Shown piece after piece: positions 61,900 through 64,000 of a stretch of DNA of 64,000 nucleotides. The first letter of the stretch is position 1. Every line of letters begins with the position of its first letter. The notes beneath the pieces were generated by a model. It saw only the letters and a list, made by a program, of their open reading frames with translations, made no database searches and was not told where the DNA came from. Origin of the DNA: Callorhinchus milii (lineage: Eukaryota); assembly GCF_018977255.1 (NCBI RefSeq), contig NW_024704742.1:110238001-110302000 (forward strand). The letters run 5' to 3'. The position numbers were made by a program, and so were the translations under genes.

Positions 61900-62200
61900 A
61901 AGTGGATACTTCTCCAAGCCTTTTGGAGCAGTTAATTGATGTAGCATCACCTACTTTTGTTGGAGTTTGATCTACAAATCCATGACTCTGAAGGGAAATG
62001 CAGCCTTCTAATCTTTAATCCTATTTGTGAGTTTTCCAGTTTAAATGAATGCCCTTTAGTTCTGCTCTTACTATCCATATCAAATAGCCTGCTTTATACA
62101 TAAGATATAAATTTAGGCTTTCATTATTTTAAAGACCTGGATCATGTTCCCCTCTTCATCTTTTTGAAAGAGACCAAGTTCAGCTCTATGGGTTTCTCCA
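61900..62200 (-). mobile_element. Very old CR1 relic
   Basis: ttaaatgaatgccctttagttct...cattattttaaagacctggatcatgttcccctc resembles the reverse of LRGDLI.VFKI. Confidence 0.45.
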
Positions 62201-62499
62201 TCCTGGACAAGTTAAAACATAAACTGAAAGCCATCCCTGTGTACCAGTGGCTCCATCAGCAGTGCCAGTCCAGTTGGAGATAAACGATTGACCTACTGTG
62301 TCGCCAGTTTGAAAAGGGATGGACCCCAAACTAAAGTTATCAAGTTTAGATCCAGACATCTTGTAGTTTTCAACTGTACAAATAAGGGTGAAGTTTCAAC
62401 TGAGACTATGTTTGCCATTGAACCAACTAAAATGTCAAGTAAGTACATTAGTATTGTAATTCACTGAGTACCTGTTTTGGATGTCAATGCATAATTATG

Positions 62500-62745
62500 C
62501 TAATTATCAAAAGAGCAAAGGGAGAGGTTGGGAGATTTTTTTTGCAATAGATGGCTGTTTGGACATGGATTGTCCTTCCTGGAAGAGGATTGGAGGCAGA
62601 GTCCATATTAGCTTCTAAAAGCAAATTGGATAAATATTTGAAAAAGGTGTCGGGAAAAGGCAGGAGAGTGGGACTAAATAGAAAGCTGTTTCAGATACCC
62701 AGCTCAGGTAGTTGGATCCAATGGCCGTCTTCTGGTTTGTATGAA
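62500..62745 (+). mobile_element. CR1 3' fragment, followed by a minus-strand L2 tail (62745-62870)
   Basis: caaaagagcaaagggagagg...gaggcagagtccatattagcttctaaaagcaaattggataaatatttg...aatggccgtcttctgg. Confidence 0.65.
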
Positions 62746-64000
62746 CAACAACAACAACTTACATATATATAGTGTGCTTCATGCAGAGAGTGTCTCGGAT
62801 ACTGAACAATGGTACAGTCTGATGCAGAGCCAGGCAGAAAGAGGAAATGACTGGGTCAAAGAGGAAAGACTATCTGCTATTTACTCTTAAAGTGAAGAAT
62901 CAGGTTGGTTTATGGACTCCATACAATACTCATGTCCAACAGATTAAGTTAGTTGTGAGATAAAAGTTGACACAATCCTCATGCAGTTTATCCTGAGCTA
63001 CTTGTCAAGTTTAGATTGTTACCTGAACTATGTGCTCATTTGACAGACATTATTAATACAATACAATATTACATATGCATAGCACCCTTCATGTCGGGAG
63101 GACATGAAGCCTACAATAGAAGTCTTAAATACTTGTCCATATATTTTACAGAATGAAAATTCATAAAAATTCTTTGACTTCCAGGACTAAACTCGTACTT
63201 TCTATTTAAATGGCTGCATTCAAAGTCTTTACTGTAATTATTTAGAAACTATACTTAATGTTTAACTGAACTGGGAGNTTTTTCCTTTTTAATCTTGCCA
63301 CTCTATGTCAAGCACATTTTTGTATTTGCCAGTGTTTTCATGGAAACGTTTCAAGAAACACTAATAGACGATAACATATTTTGTCGGAGAACACTTTAGA
63401 GCTTAACTCAGTGGTAATTTCTACTTAGTGCTAGAGCTCCGTAATGATTTTCAGGATTTAGTAAAAGCCCATTTTGAATCTGTAGTGCGGTTTAATACTC
63501 CTTCTGTGACATACCTTACTGCCAAATGTACTAACTACTTACCTGGCATCACAATTTAACATGGACAGTAAATGTTTCCATCTGGCCTGCCTATTTTATA
63601 CACATTTATTTGTTGAACACCGCTTGGATGTTTGGAAAGGTTTTTGTGCAAGTGTCCCGAGGGTAATCAAATTAATATAATACCATTCAAAAATGAGCCT
63701 CTAACTCTTCAGAGTACTTATAGTGATTTATGTGAGATCTGTAAATTGTAGAAGGAACAATATATATATTGCCTTAGAAAAACATTTTGTGACGTGGTTT
63801 TTACTATGTTCTTTCAACCATATGATGGCTATCAAAATCCTCCCGGTACAGAGTTGTATGTTTTGGTTGAGAGCTTAAAGTCTGGTTAATGTTTCATGAC
63901 ACCTGGTATCATAGATTGCCTACTTCCTGTGAACCAAGCAGCTTTGTCACGTTCAGCAAAATCAGGTAAACATGCCAGAAGTGTAAAGAATAATAATAAT

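Noticed and set aside
63278..63278. Single N base
   Set aside because: Assembly ambiguity, not biology.

Overview
AT-rich vertebrate genomic DNA with no host protein-coding exon that I can support, so it is either intergenic or a large intron. The repeat mix points to a cartilaginous fish, possibly a chimaera or elephant-shark relative (inference from recalled repeat families): L2 and CR1 LINEs, tRNA-Ala-like SINEs with Deu-type bodies and L2-type tails, AmnSINE2-like relics and shark-type Penelope termini. The only long real ORF is the reverse-transcriptase half of a young, 5'-truncated L2 (57279-59350, minus strand), nested antisense inside an older L2. Other content: many decayed L2 and CR1 fragments, several MITE-like inverted-repeat elements (one hAT/Charlie-type with an 8-bp TSD), a 28S rRNA fragment, an unclassified three-copy retroposon-like repeat, minisatellites, strong hairpins and some repeat-free blocks that may be conserved non-coding elements. 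The most notable signal is two tiny Penelope-like insertions (155 and 96 bp). Each has a 14-bp target-site duplication and begins with a minimal type I hammerhead-ribozyme fold, and each copy carries a different core mutation. Family names come from memory of consensus sequences rather than database searches, and the boundaries of old repeats are approximate.
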